The notes under the pieces are model-generated. The model was not told where the DNA came from. It made no database searches and worked only from the letters and a program-made list of their open reading frames with translations. 64,000 nucleotides of DNA, taken from NCBI GenBank assembly GCA_951406725.2, contig OX597841.1, positions 2,232,001 to 2,296,000 on the forward strand, in the 5' to 3' direction. Of the stretch, positions 1-14,047 are shown one piece after another. Numbering within the stretch: position 1 is the first letter of the stretch; the number at the start of each line of letters is the position of its first letter. Position numbers and translations under genes: made by a program. The stretch is from Octopus vulgaris (lineage: Eukaryota).

Positions 1-670
1 GAGCAGAAGAAAACAACATAGCATAGAATGTAAAAAATGCCACAGAACTGCTATTATTAGAAGTAAGAAGATCAGGCTTGTGTAGGATGAAAGATAGCAA
101 ACATAAAGAACTGTACAAGAAATTGAAAACGAATGAAACTGAAAATAGGTGGATAAAGAAAAGAATGCATGGTCAATATCATAGGAATGTTGAAGATAAG
201 ACAGACAGAAAAAAAAGATGGTTGTGGGGGATTAAAAGTAATTTAAAACCGGAAACGGAGGCTCTAATCTGTGCTGCCCAAGAGCAAGCACTAAGAACAA
301 ACTACATAAAATGCAGAATAGACATCATAACAGAAAGTGATAAGTGCAGAATCTGTGGACAAAACGGTTTAACCGTATGGCATATTACCAGCCAATGTAT
401 GCCACAAGCCCAGAAGCAATATAAGAAACGCTACGACAATATAGCAGGGCTTCTCCATTGGACACTTTGCAACAAGTATGGGTTTGACAGAGCAAAATAT
501 TGGTACGTCCACAGACCCGAAGGCATCATCGAAAATGATAATACTTAGTTCCTGTGGGATTCTATGATTTAGCGCGACTATGAGATAGAGAATAGGAAGC
601 CAGACATAGTTTTAATCGAGAGAGAAAGCAAATGATGCTGGATCATAGATATAGCATGCCCAGCTGACAA
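1..670 (+). mobile_element. R4/Dong-clade non-LTR retrotransposon fragment (zinc knuckle + RLE), degenerate
   Basis: ORF 78-548 contains AAQEQAL..CRICG..TVWHITSQC (CCHC knuckle). Past the stops it reads WD..I..RKPDIVL..IIDIACP, a PD-(D/E)xK restriction-like endonuclease motif. Confidence 0.85.
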
Positions 671-811
671 CAATAAGTGGAAGACACTTATCCAAAATGC
701 TTTGCAATGGGATTGAACCCGAATTTATGTGGTTGGGAAGTAAATTTCATACGACACAATCACACCTGCACAGATAAAATAATCAAGGTACTTCAATAAC
801 AAAATACTTAC

Positions 812-975
812 TGAGAAGCCAATCTGTTTTCGTAGACTTGCTAGAGTACAGGAATCTGGGAAGTACAAGTGACGCCTCCCAAACGCAGAGGCTGCTCTGT
901 TCGCTGATCATAAGCCAGCCATCGTCTCCAACACAGAAAGTGTGACTTCTAGACACGTAGAAGCGTCGTCTGTTC
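812..975 (-). CDS. Paralog A exon 4 (NRRRFYVSRSHTFCVGDDGWLMISE...DWLL); exon 5 not in window
   Basis: ttcttcAG acceptor and GTAAGT donor; 164 bp, phase 2/1. Same length and phase as paralog B exon 4 (27339-27502). Confidence 0.85.
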
Positions 976-1384
976 CTGAAGAAGGAAAATAAAAACGAGA
1001 CACGTGTTTTAGTTGATGTTCTCGATTTTGTTGTTGTTGCTGCTGCTGTTGTAGTTTTTGTATTTGTCGATGTAGTTGTTGCTGTTGTTCTACGTTGTTC
1101 TTGTCATTGAACAGCTACGACGCGATCGTCGTCGTTGTTGTCATCATCGTTGTTTAGTCGTCGTCGACGTCTTTGTCGTTGTTCTTGTGGCTGTTACCGT
1201 TGTCGCGGTATTGTCTTTTTGTTGTTTTTGTCATCGTTACCATTATCATCGTCATCGTTGTTGTTGTAACAAATATTAATCAGCACATCCCATGCTAACC
1301 TCGATGTCTTGTTTATAACACCGTAAGCGTTCTATATCAGTTTCATTGGTTTCAGTCTGCCCTTGGGAGCTTGACTAGCTGCAT

Positions 1385-1915
1385 CTGATGATCCGCAACA
1401 CGGTGAAATCACGGGAAATAGTACTGCCATTCGCGTTACTGAGGAAATTTAGTCAAACAATCGTCTTTTTACCATTTGTCTTCTACACGAAATGATTTTT
1501 CGGGACGTTTACAGTAGTGTACGGTATCGTAAACAACTCATCCAGGTTAGGTCTGATGTACTAATTAATATTAACTACAAAGGCCGCTTCTGTCGCTAAT
1601 AACTAATTGATGCACAACCTAGTACCTCGTCGTGACATCGCTGGTTATTCGGCCAGTATTATTCTATATATAAAGTTTTGAATGATTTTTTCTGGCTTTC
1701 TACTACTGATGACCTACAATACGGTGAAATTACGTGATACAGAAGAGCCATCTGCCAGTGCCGAACAAATCTAGTCAACTCATAGAATTTCGATGCTTTT
1801 TAGCGCTTGTCGTTTAAACGAAATGATTTTTCAAGACGTTTGTCGCAGTCTATGGCGTTATAAACAAAACGTTCAAGTTAGGTTGGATATACTGATTAAT
1901 ATTCGCTACAAACAA
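1385..1915. repeat. Diverged ~320-bp tandem unit in intron 3, shared (inverted) with 26590-27265
   Basis: gatgatccgcaacacggtgaaat and gatgacctacaatacggtgaaat recur ~320 bp apart. The reverse complement is near-identical in paralog B intron 3. Confidence 0.65.
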
Positions 1916-1967
1916 TTCTCCTAGCAGTAATAGCTAAAAATGAAATGGCGTAAGAATTTTTATATAC

Positions 1968-2131
1968 TCATATCCATCCATTGAGAAGTAGTTCGTGTTG
2001 GACGTTGACAAATCAGTCCATGGGGAACTTCTCAGGTTTTGGGCAGAAAACCAGTTTTGAATGTTTGTATTTCGTCCATTAAACACCATCGTTACTACTG
2101 ATTGTTGGTTTTCGTATAATACAAGTTTCAC
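1968..2131 (-). CDS. Paralog A exon 3 (VKLVLYENQQ...NWFS...SSPWTDL...NYFSMDGYE)
   Basis: ttcAG acceptor and GTATAT donor; 164 bp, phase 0/2. Matches paralog B exon 3. Confidence 0.85.
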
Positions 2132-2210
2132 CTGAATAAAAAAAACATGTTATATACATTATTTACATTATTTACAATTAACGGATATTTGTCCTCATCT
2201 TGTTTGTTGT

Positions 2211-2258
2211 TAACACAACGCTTCGGTTGATATACCCTCCAGCCTTCTTCAGGTGTCT
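2211..2258 (-). ncRNA. Degenerate minimal type-I hammerhead ribozyme motif (Penelope-like pLTR remnant)
   Basis: Minus strand reads GACAC-CUGAAGA-A-GGCUG..CAACC-GAAG-CGUU-GUGUU. GAAA is mutated to GAAG. Confidence 0.6.
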
Positions 2259-2424
2259 TGGGAAAATTTCGAACCTGGGTTCTCATTCCTAAGCTACTTT
2301 TTTGATGTTGTTATTATCATTATTATTCAGTAGTTTTATTTTTATAGCGTCATTCAGGATTACAATAACATTCTCACAAAAGGTGAAAGTGAGGAACAGT
2401 TTGCTTTACAGATCGTTACCGAAA

Positions 2425-2472
<48 letters not shown>

Positions 2473-2664
2473 TTTGTGTGTGTGTAAGTGTGTGTATGTG
2501 CGTGTGTTTGTATATACCTATATAATTGATATTTGGCTGAAGTAACACAGTGAAGGAAGAGCCTAGAGTTTCGTGCGTTAGCATATCACACTAAAACCTA
2601 TGGATATATATAAAATGTTTGTGCGTGTGTGCGTATGTGTGTGTGCGTATGTGTGTACACCTAC

Positions 2665-2843
2665 CTCGTGAATCGGAAACTGTTCCCAAACGTCAAGAAT
2701 GGAACTTCGGAAGAAATTTGGGCAATAAAGACCGAGGCAATCATCCACTTTCCATGATGCTCGATCTCCTATATTTAGAAACGAGTTATAGACATCCGAA
2801 CCAGCTCCCATTGATATGGAATATACTTTTATCCAGTGATCTC
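2665..2843 (-). CDS. Paralog A exon 2 (DHWIKVYSISMGAGSDVYNSF...DVWEQFPIHE)
   Basis: ttttcAG acceptor and GTAGGT donor; 179 bp, phase 1/0. Confidence 0.88.
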
Positions 2844-2884
2844 CTGAAAAACAAAAAGAAGCAGTAGTACCACCACCACCACCA

Positions 2885-3300
2885 TCAGCAGCAGATATAG
2901 TTATCAGAGGTCATGAAGGAAAAAAATGCTTTCTAATTGATGAATCAATACCAGCAGATGACAATGTTTCTGTAAAAGAAATGGAGAAACTTTCAAAATA
3001 CAAAGAGCTGGAAATAGAGATAACTCGAATGTGGAATCTAAAAACAGAAACAATTCCTATCATAGTAGGTGCAATAGGCATGATAAAAAAATATTCAGAC
3101 AAATACATAACAAAAACACCAGGACTAACAAACACATATAACATACAGAAAATTGCACTACTGGGCACTGCACACATCCTACGCAGAACACTTTCAATAC
3201 AGTAACCATCAGAACATCAAAATAAAACAGCACATACCCAAGGCACACAGAGCTGCGCTCGGTAGTGAAGTGAAAGCACGCTATAAAAATAAACCTACTC
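2885..3300 (+). mobile_element. 5'-truncated R4/Dong-like LINE 3' end (RLE + 3'UTR) ending in (TAA)n
   Basis: Encodes EKLSKYKELEIEITRMW...IPIIVGAIG...IQKIALLGTAHILRR; the 3'UTR runs straight into (AAT)n at 3301. Confidence 0.85.
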
Positions 3301-3889
<589 letters not shown>

Positions 3890-3890
<1 letters not shown>

Positions 3891-4380
3891 GACTAAAAGT
3901 GATTTAAAACCGGAAACGAAGGCGCTAATCTGTGTTGGCCAAGAGCAAGCGCTAAAAACAAACTACATAAAATACGGAACAGACAGCACATGAGAAAGTG
4001 ATAAGTGCAGAATCTGTGGACAAAACGGTGGAACCGTATGGCATATTACCAGCCAATGTATGCCACTAGCCCAGAAGCAATATGAGAGACGCCACGACAA
4101 TGTAGCAGGGCTTGTCCATTGGACACTTTGCAATAAGTATGGGCTTGACAGAGCAAAAAATTGGCACGACCATAAACCCGAAGGTACCAGTGAGATAAAG
4201 AGACTGTGCAAAGTAAAATGACAATTATTCCAGTGGTAATGGATGCTCTTGGCACAACATCCAAACTGCTGCTTGACGGACTGAAAAACTCGTAGAAAAA
4301 TGCCATTTTGTATTCTGCAAGATTTGAGGAGACTTGTCACCAAACCTGGAGATGATATCCCTCACTAATGTAGCGTGTAA
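3890..4380 (+). mobile_element. Second, internally deleted R4/Dong-like fragment flanked by (TAA)n
   Basis: Highly similar to 235-525 (taaaag.gatttaaaaccggaaacg...). Lies between TAA tracts. Confidence 0.8.
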
Positions 4381-4468
4381 TAATAATAATAATGCTTTCA
4401 AATTTTTGGCGCATCTCTTCCACAGAAAGCGCAAAAGGAAGCGCTCCTGTTTGTTCAGATGTAAAATA

Positions 4469-4609
4469 TAAGGTTGTCCCAAAAGTTCGTAGAAAGTCTT
4501 GGAAAATAATGGTCTTTATTTTGAGGAATAATTTTTGTTGTTTTTGTTAGTACTTGGCGAGTAAAAATTCAATTTTCGCAAGTGTTTACGAACTTTTGGG
4601 ACAACCTAA
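4469..4609. mobile_element. Tc1/mariner-type MITE
   Basis: TIRs aggttgtcccaaaagttcgta / tacgaacttttgggacaacct with TA flanks. The TIR resembles the mariner end at 28116. Confidence 0.75.
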
Positions 4610-4639
4610 TATGACAAGATATGACAGTAGTGGGTAACA

Positions 4640-5175
4640 GACGACGGAAACGATGCCTAACTTTCCAGGGATAACATTCTCTCAGCCCATTTCTAAGTGA
4701 GACTAGCCGTCCTGTTCATCCAGTTCTTATCCAACAAGAAAGCTGGAGCAAACCAGACCCCGATAAATTTAACCGGTTCTTCTGTTCAGCGCCCTTGACG
4801 CAGTTGGTAGATCTTAGAAAGGCGGTGCGCTGGCAGAAACGTTAGCACGCCGGGCGAAATGCTTAGCGGTATTTCGTCTGCCGTTACGTTGTAAGTTCAA
4901 ATTCCGCCGAGGTCGACTTTGCCTTTCATCCTTTCGGGGTCGATAAATTAAGTAGCAGTTACGCACTGGGGTCGATGTAATCGACTTAATACCTATGTCT
5001 GTCCTTGTTTGTCCCCTCTGTGTTTAGCCCCTTGTGGGTAATAATGAAATAGGTAGATCTTAGAAACCTGCAAGGTGCCGAGATACAGGGCCCACTAACT
5101 TTTCTTGGTTAGTTTTTGCTACTGTCATCACCTCGTATTCCGTAAGAATGTTTCCATCCCGCACAATATGCATGG
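4640..5175 (-). mobile_element. L1/Tx1-like RT C-terminal relic interrupted by a SINE
   Basis: Minus translation EYEVMTVAKTNQEKLVG...PVKFIGVWFAP..LDKNW...W.ER.LSL, with stops. Confidence 0.55.
4821..5051 (+). mobile_element. tRNA-derived SINE family A, full length, 15-bp TSD GGTAGATCTTAGAAA
   Basis: Head GGCGGTGCGCTGGCAGAA...GTTCAAATTCC; TSD at 4806-4820 and 5052-5066. Confidence 0.9.
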
Positions 5176-5427
5176 CGTCCATTTTGAAACACTGATGTCG
5201 TCTGCGCATGCGGATACATCCTAGTTGTTCCACATCCCAGTTAGCGTGAGGTGCTATTCAGAAACGTTAACCGGATGACTGACGAGCGTAGGTGTGAGAA
5301 GACGTCACAAAACATGGAATTTTGCACGGAAATCAATCAATCAATCAATCAATTAATTAATCAAGAAAATAATTTAAACCACTCAATAACTGAAATAAAT
5401 GTTTTTAAGGGAAATAAACGCATGAAA

Positions 5428-5428
<1 letters not shown>

Positions 5429-5483
<55 letters not shown>

Positions 5484-5497
5484 ACAGCAGCAGCAGC

Positions 5498-5529
<32 letters not shown>

Positions 5530-5587
5530 CGGCAGTAGTAGTAGTAGTAGTAACAGCAGCAGCAGCAGCAGTAGTAGTAGTAGCGGC

Positions 5588-5627
<40 letters not shown>

Positions 5628-5641
5628 ACAGCAGCAGCAGC

Positions 5642-5682
<41 letters not shown>

Positions 5683-5690
5683 CAGCAGCA
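5429..5690. repeat. (TAG/CAG)n microsatellite; counterpart (CTA)n at 19498-20155
   Basis: Direct inspection; same position in intron 1 of both paralogs. Confidence 0.95.
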
Positions 5691-5722
5691 TTTTTAGTAG
5701 GAATTAGTAAAGTTTCACTTAC

Positions 5723-6074
5723 TTATGTAGAAGGACCTCTCGCTGCCGTTGGTCTGATTGCTGGCCGTGAGCACAATATTCTCTGGGTAAGTCTTACAAA
5801 GCTGGTTGACTCTGTCGTAACTGAAGAATCCTGTTCGGTTCTTCAGGGTGTTCATGGCGCATTCCACTTGACTTCGGCTGGGGAATATTTCGCTTTGTGA
5901 AGGAGTTCCCGGGTAAGCGAACGAGTAACCAGGACCGAAGTATCGGTAGTTGGCGATGGTTTCTTGTTGCGAGGGAATGGCAATGGTGGCGGTGGGGATT
6001 GTGGCGAGGGCGAAGAGCGACAGCAGCAGCAGCCCTGTGGCCTTGTCTGGGTTGGTAGGAGGAAACTGGAACAT
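5723..6074 (-). CDS. Paralog A exon 1: signal peptide + degenerate PAN/Apple-like module
   Basis: ATG at 6074; hydrophobic LLLLSLFALATIP; motif RSQVECAM...FFSYDRVNQLC; GTAAGT donor, phase 1; 352 bp. Confidence 0.85.
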
Positions 6075-7090
6075 TCTGGTGGTAGAATTAACATAGAGAG
6101 ATAGAGAGGGAGAAGGAGAAAAAGAGGGAGAGCGGAAAAAAGATGGAAAGAGAGAAAGGGAGGAGGAGGAGACGGAGAGACGAAGAGGGAGGGCAGACGG
6201 AGAAAGAGAGAGGATAGAGATTGTGAGAGAGTGATGTTACACGTTCTAATTGAACACGATTCGCATAAGCACTTCCCCCCAACGCATACCTACAGAAAGA
6301 AATATGCTCACACAAATAAACAGGGAGAGAGATGCTTTTTTTTTCCCTATTACTCCAATTCACTGAGCTGTAGAACGGAATTGCGACGTCCCTGGTGCCA
6401 AGCTGTATCGGCCTTTGCTTTTTTTTCCGTTGGATAATATCGGGTGTGGAGAGAGAAGACTGGAATGCACTGGCGACTGCTAGTCTTCCATAAACAAACT
6501 TGCTCGGACTTGTAACTCGGCGGGTAACTTTCTAGGTGCAATCCTTTTGTGAAGGCGCGTGGTTTTGTGGGTACAATAATCGGAGCACGATTGTAAGATC
6601 GGGAGATCGATTGGCTACAATTGAGAAAAATACTTTATCTTACCTCATACTCTGGACAATCACAGAGCAGGTTACTTGGTTTCCATGGCGTTTAAGGGGC
6701 TAAGAGCACTAAATTGTGACCGTGAACGCGACACCGGTCCATCACACGGTCATAAGTTCATGATACGGGAATCGAAAGCACGATCTTGCGATTATGAGCG
6801 CACTCCCTCTAACCACTGGGCCACGCACCTTTACTTTCTCTTCATAGACATCAAGGAAAATAAACACACACACATAAACAAAGAGAGAGGAGGAAAAGAG
6901 AAAGAGAGAGAGAGAGGGGAGAATGGAGGGATAGAGAGAATGAGATGGGTAGAAGGAAGGAGAGAAAGGGGAAAGCATTAAAACGTCTAGTACCAAATAA
7001 GTCAACGTCGAATAGGCGGCGCCAAAACGGCTCTCCGAAAGTATGTCATACTCCATCTCATATTTCATACACACGCCAGTCACACACACA

Positions 7091-7136
<46 letters not shown>

Positions 7137-7199
7137 CACACACACACAAAGCATGAAAACAATTTCGAAACAAAACTTACTTTTGTTCGGGCAGAAAGA

Positions 7200-7650
7200 G
7201 AGCAGCTCCTATCTATTATGTCCAGTCTGTTCCCAAATGCTTGTAATATCCAGAGACACGATTGCTGTAGACAGAGGCCAGCACCTATCTTTCAAGTGGT
7301 TAAGTCTGAATGTCGATAGCTTATTCTGGTCTGCCTGCTTTTAACACTAGTATCCACTGCTGTTAGGATTGCTTACAAATTTCAAAACTGTTCACAAATG
7401 TCTGTAATATCCAGAGATACAATAGCTTCAACGGATAGAGGGCAGTACCTGTCTATTAGGTGGCTAAGTCTGAAGGGAGAAAACTTAAATGTAGACTGCC
7501 TACTATCAACAGTAATATTCACAGCTGTTAGCACGGCTTATAAGTGTCCGGACTGCTCATAAATGCTTGTAATATCCAGAGATGTCCCTGGATATTATCC
7601 GATAATGTCCAGTGTTGTTAGAAGTGTCTATAAAATGTCAGCAATGTCCC
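7200..7650. repeat. ~160-bp tandem repeat (about 3 units); inverted counterpart at 16990-17550 has about 4 units
   Basis: aatatccagaga recurs at ~7246, 7406 and 7571; ctctggatattac-like motif at ~17043, 17176, 17340 and 17502. Confidence 0.75.
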
Positions 7651-7844
7651 TAAAAGCCAGTAATGTCCACCACAAATGATTTCCAGCAGTGTTTATTAAG
7701 ATCAAATTTTATTCATTAACGTCAATATTTCTCTACTTGGAGCTTAATTAATTAAATTATTTGCACGTCACTTGATAAGAACAGAAAAAACCTTTATTAA
7801 ACAATGGTGAAACACAGTTTAATCAGCACATAGTAACACAATGG

Positions 7845-8600
7845 ATGGTGGTGGTCACAATGGATGGTGGTGATGGTGATGTTGACGGTGGTGGTGGTGG
7901 TGATGGTGGTTTTGGTGACGGTGGTGGCGGTGGCATCGGAAATGCTCGTGGTTGTGGTGGTGGTATTGGAGGTGATACGGACGTTGATTGGTGTTACTGT
8001 TGTTGTGTTTAGTGGCGGCGGCGGCGGTGGTGGTGGTGGTGGTGATGATGGTGGAGGGGTGATGGTGGTGGAGGTGATGGTGCTGGTGGTGGTGGTGGTA
8101 ATGGTGCTGGTGGTGATGATGGTGGTGGATGATGGTGGTGGTGATGGTGCTGGTGGTGGTGGTGATGGTGGTGGTGGTGATGATGATGGTGGTGATGATG
8201 GTGATGGTGATGATGGTGATGGTGATGGTGGTGGTGGTGATGGTGCTGGTGGTGATGATGGTGGTGGATGATGGTGGTGGTGATGGTGGTGGTGGTGATG
8301 GTGGTGGTGATGGTAGTGGTCAGGAGGTGATTATGATGGAGCTGATGGTGATGTTGATGCTGATGGCGGTTGTGGTTGTGATTAGGCTTGTAGTTCTGAT
8401 GACGATGGTGATGGTGGTCGTCGTTGTGATGATATTGATGATTGCGATGGTGATGGTGGTGGTGGTGGTGGTGGTGATGATGGTGGTGGATGATGATGGT
8501 GGTGGTGGTGGTGGTGGTGGTGGTGATGGTGGTGGTGGTGGTGGTGGTGATGGTGATGGTGGTGATGATGGTGGTGGATGATGGTGATGGTGGTAGTGCT
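7845..8600. repeat. (GGT/GAT)n low-complexity tract; counterpart (ACC)n at 16320-16745
   Basis: Direct inspection. Confidence 0.9.
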
Positions 8601-9206
8601 GGTGCAAATATTAGCATCTAGATACACCAGCCTGGCTTGAATGTGTGCCAGTCGGGGCTAACACAAAAAGTACAATATTGCATACAGCAAACCCAAAAGT
8701 GATGCTGCCCCCGTAAAAGTGCCGCGTACGACGCACTACCCATCCGCCCCTAGCTCTGCTAGCGTTTCGGTGCATATGCATATGTCTAGACTTGCAACGA
8801 TGTTGTCTGTTTCCCCCATTAATCATCATTTTCCCTTTTCATCTAATATATTTCAATTTAACACCCAAGGGAAATAACCCATTCAGCTTCCTAAATCATT
8901 TGGTATAAATCAAATTGAGTATGCTTATTTCTTAGTATTTGAACTGCTACTTTCGCAATTTATCCAGTACAACCATTAGACATGTAAATAACATTTTCCT
9001 AAACAATAGATCCTCTTATTTCGGTTAGTGATTTATTCGCGAATATACCAACACTAGCGCCGCGGAGGGCAATATTCTCTGGGAATGCACAAAAGCCCTT
9101 TTCAGAGTTATTTACTTTGAATTGTAATTATCTCAGATCTGATTAGCCTGTTATTACGTATCATGCTTCACGATTTTAGTATACATACCTTATTAGTATT
9201 TCCTCC

Positions 9207-9265
<59 letters not shown>

Positions 9266-9559
9266 GACAGGGCTCGTCTCTTTGAGCTGGGAAACGAATG
9301 GAATGCTTGGTGTGTGTCTTGTTGTGGCTACTCCCTCATAAAAAATGGTGAATAAGCCTGGGTATATAATAAATATATACACACACATATATACATACAT
9401 ATATGTATGTATGAATGCATATACATATTTATATATTTACATATGTGTGTCTATATGTATATATATGTGTGTGTGTGTGTGTCTATGTGTGTGTCTGTGT
9501 GTGTGTCTGTGTGTGTGTCTGTGTGTGTGCGTTTGTGTATGTATATGTCTTGTGTGTGC

Positions 9560-9604
<45 letters not shown>

Positions 9605-9908
9605 AAAGGAACGCATGAAAGCCCTTTCGGGGGCTACTTTATTTGAATTCTTACTATCGAGTGACTCATTTCATGTTATTATATAACTGACTTCACAATT
9701 TGGGTATTCATAACATATTGGGAATTCTTAAAAACAAGATCCTGTGTAAGATAGTTCGGTGTTCTCTGTAAATGAACAAAAACCGTTTTAAGGGTTACAT
9801 ACTTTGCATTGTTGTTATTGGATTAGCGAAACAATTGTGAGAACGCTTTCTCGGGAATTACCGAGTACGTCAGTTTGTATATGTGTGTGTGTGTGTGCGT
9901 GTGTGTGA

Positions 9909-9965
<57 letters not shown>

Positions 9966-9967
<2 letters not shown>

Positions 9968-10370
9968 CGCAGGAGTGGCAGTGTGGTAAGTAGCTTGCTT
10001 ACCAACCACATGGTTCTGGGTTCAGTCTCACTGCGTGGCACCTTGGGCAAGTGTCTTCTTCTGTAGCCTCGGGCCGACCAAAGCCTTGTGAGTGGATATG
10101 GTAGACGGAAACTGAAAGAAGCCCGTCGTATATATGTATATATATGTGTGTGCATGTGTGTTTGTGTGTCTGTGTTTGTCCTCCCAACATCGCTTGACAA
10201 CCGATGCTGGTGTGTTTATGTCCCCGTCACTTAGCGGTTCGGCAAAAGAGACTGATAGAATAAGTACTGGGCTTACAAAAGAATAAGTCCCGGGGGTCGA
10301 TTTGCTCGACGACTAAAGGCGGTGCTCCAGCATGGCCGCAGTCAAATGACTGAAACAAGTAAAAGAGAAA
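9966..10370 (+). mobile_element. tRNA-derived SINE family B
   Basis: GGCGCAGGAGTGGC..GTGGTAAG (A box), GGTTCAGTC (B-box-like), CCTTGGGCAAG core. Other copies: 15041-15360, 28860-29200, 31220-31541(-), 36413-36817, 36890-37258(-), 38943-39342(-), 45627-46022, 46583-46992, 50797-51192. Confidence 0.9.
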
Positions 10371-10491
10371 AAAAAAATACACATTGTGTTCACCCTTCAT
10401 GCAATGTTCCCGGAGATACTCTCACATTCTAATTCGATTTCTCTGCCACTCTATCAATCACTCATTCTTTCTTACTGTCTTTGTCCCCCTA

Positions 10492-10543
<52 letters not shown>

Positions 10544-10709
10544 GCATACACACCGCCGCACAATCTATAAAAACCGAGTCGCGAACGGACTCCACGCGAG
10601 TGTTTGAATTGGATTTGCTTGTAACTGTTTACATCAAAAAGTATCAATAAGTTATATTACATGTAAGAACTTGTAAGAACGAGTACGATATTCTACATGC
10701 ATTGCTGTT

Positions 10710-10753
10710 TGTATGTATATATATGTGGGCGTGTGTGTATATGTATGTATGTA

Positions 10754-10797
<44 letters not shown>

Positions 10798-10959
10798 CAT
10801 ATATACATACATATATATATATAATATATATATACATATATATATACACAATATACATTTTATATATACATATATATACATATACATATATATATATATA
10901 TATATATACATATATATACATATACACACACATATATATATATATATACATATATATAC

Positions 10960-11014
<55 letters not shown>

Positions 11015-11019
11015 CACAC

Positions 11020-11081
<62 letters not shown>

Positions 11082-11092
11082 TATACATATAC

Positions 11093-11135
<43 letters not shown>
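10710..11135. repeat. (TA)n / (CATATA)n microsatellite
   Basis: Direct inspection. Confidence 0.95.
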
Positions 11136-11140
<5 letters not shown>

Positions 11141-11253
11141 ATATTTCGGAATGGTCATATTGCCAGTTTAGCCAATAAAAACACACGCACTATATATTTG
11201 GTGTTATTTTGCTTCAGTGATATTTATTTTTTCATTAATCTTAATCTTATTTC

Positions 11254-11298
11254 GGCCAAAGTTCTTTCGTCACACTCCTGTGACCGCATCAGTGGTCC
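11254..11298 (-). ncRNA. Hammerhead-like motif with variant core CUGAUGC
   Basis: Minus strand reads GGACCA-CUGAUGC-G-GUCAC-aggagu-GUGAC-GAAA-GAACUU-UGGCC; stem II is a perfect 5 bp. Confidence 0.6.
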
Positions 11299-11669
11299 TT
11301 TGTTTTCTTCTCACTTACTTGTGTCTCTCCTTACTAACCGTCAGCCATTTTGTATACATTTTATAGTATATATATTTTATAGTAAAATATAATATAATAT
11401 TAATTAGAGACAAAACCACTATTATGCAAATCAAACAAAGATTTGTCTCTAATTAATATTATATATATATATATACTACAAAATTAGAAAATGGAGAAAC
11501 ATACTTAAATCAATGAAACATCAACCAACAGATGATACCCAATCAATACTTTATTACACCATTACATAACAGTAAAGGCATTATACAAAATATACTGTAA
11601 ATATAATTAGACAAGGAAATAGAAATATAAAATATAAAATATAATATGTAATTATATCATATCTGACAG

Positions 11670-11723
<54 letters not shown>

Positions 11724-12138
11724 GACAGGGCTCGTCTCTTTGAGCTGGGAAATGAATAGAATGCTTGGTGTGTGTCTTGTTGTGGCTATTCCCTCATAAA
11801 AAATGGTGAATAAGCCTGGGTATATAATATATATATATATACACACACATATATACATACATATATGTATGTATGAATGCATATACAAATTTATATATTT
11901 ACATATGTGTGTATATATGTATATATATATGTGTGTGTGTGTGTTTGTGCGTGTCTATGTGTGTGTGTGTGTGTGTCTGTGTGCGTGCGTTTGTGTATAT
12001 ATATGTCTTGTGTGTGCATGTATATATATATATATATATAACGGGAAGCTTTATGAAAATAAACAAAAGACGAAGGCAGGTGGAAAACAAACGAACAATT
12101 GTATTAGTATGGCGCTCAGGAAATATAAATAAAACAAG

Positions 12139-12176
12139 TCTTTAACGTTTCGAGCCTACGCTCTTCAACAGAAAGA
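12139..12176 (-). ncRNA. Minimal type-I hammerhead motif with variant core CUGUUGA
   Basis: Minus strand reads UCUUU-CUGUUGA-A-GAGC-guag-GCUC-GAAA-CGUU-AAAGA; stems I and II are perfect. Confidence 0.7.
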
Positions 12177-12627
12177 TACACAGAGAGAGAAAAACATAGA
12201 AAGAAGGAATATATATATATATATAGGCAAAGGAAACAAATGTAAAATTCCGATCAAAAGGGATCGGAAAAAAAAGCGATCAAAAGGGATCACGTATCAC
12301 CGAAACAATTTTTTTTAACAGTAAAAAACAAGATTGGGTTAATCCGTGAGAAGAAAAGCCTACAGAAAAGACCACGGTAACCTCAGTCAGGGAGGAAATA
12401 AACACATGAGAGCAAAGTGCTCTCTCTCTCTCTCTCTCTCTCTTACGATTTACAGGATCATGCTCAAAGTGGTTTCGTCACTCGCACGCACCATCTTTCC
12501 TACATTCACCCACCTTTTTTTTTTAAACTTTCGCGAGACAAAACCTGCCTCTCCATTCTCATCTTCCTTTTCAAGTGGTACTTGAAAAAGTTGATGAGCT
12601 ATTGACCAGAGAGGTAAGTGTTTGTAG

Positions 12628-13130
<503 letters not shown>

Positions 13131-13462
13131 ATACATACATAGGCAAATAGAATAATAATCGAAGAAGTTATCGTATTGATCTACGTCGCTTCCTACGAGG
13201 AGTGTTTTAATTATTAACTCAACAAAGCCGTCTAGTCGTTGATTAACCGAGTAAACATTTGAATAATCTCAAAACATGGCGAGCCTTCGATCGGGTAAAA
13301 TCGTCCGATATAGTCAGTCGGCGGTGAGGCAGTGTGTTAAGGTATGTGTGTGTGCAGTTGCGAAGCTTGCTGCGCAAACACGCCGTTTCGGGGTTCAGCC
13401 CCACTGTCAGGCAACGTGCACAAGTGACATCCCCTTTGGATTCGGACAGACCGATGCCTTGT

Positions 13463-13511
<49 letters not shown>

Positions 13512-13521
13512 TATATATATA

Positions 13522-13575
<54 letters not shown>

Positions 13576-13623
13576 TATGTATATATATATATATATGCAT
13601 ATATATATATGCATATATATATA

Positions 13624-13661
<38 letters not shown>

Positions 13662-14047
13662 TATATATATATAAAATATAGGTGTGTGTATATATATATA
13701 TATATATATATTATGTATGTATGTACGTATGCATGTATACATATATACACACACACATACAAATATATGCAGCCATGCATACATACATACATACATACAT
13801 ACATACAAAGAAACACAGCGTGAAAGCGACCGGCAGACTGACTGATAGAGACATGGTGAGTCTGATAATCGAAGGTATTAACGTATCGATATCCGTCCGT
13901 TTCCATGCGGAGCGTTCCGCTTTGTTTACCCAACAAAGCGATCGAACCGTTGATTAGCCAGGCAAACAGTGAAATTATCCACGAACAAGACGAACATATC
14001 GATCGAATAATTTTGCCCGGCAGAATCGGTATGGAAGAATGGAACAA

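Noticed and set aside
4821-4910. tRNA genes at SINE heads
   Set aside because: The A/B boxes run into SINE bodies with TSDs, and no complete cloverleaf is evident.
5170-5215. YY1/NRF1-like motifs in paralog A intron 1
   Set aside because: They sit at the edge of a LINE relic with no associated exon; unsupported as a promoter.
7864-8627. His/Gly/Pro-rich ORFs (also 16150-16761)
   Set aside because: They are translations of GGT/ACC repeats, and the frames are not conserved between the duplicated arms.
9841-9878. Possible hammerhead on the minus strand (CUGACGU..UCGG/CCGA-GAAA)
   Set aside because: The core is mutated and there is no stem I pairing. Kept only as a weak candidate.
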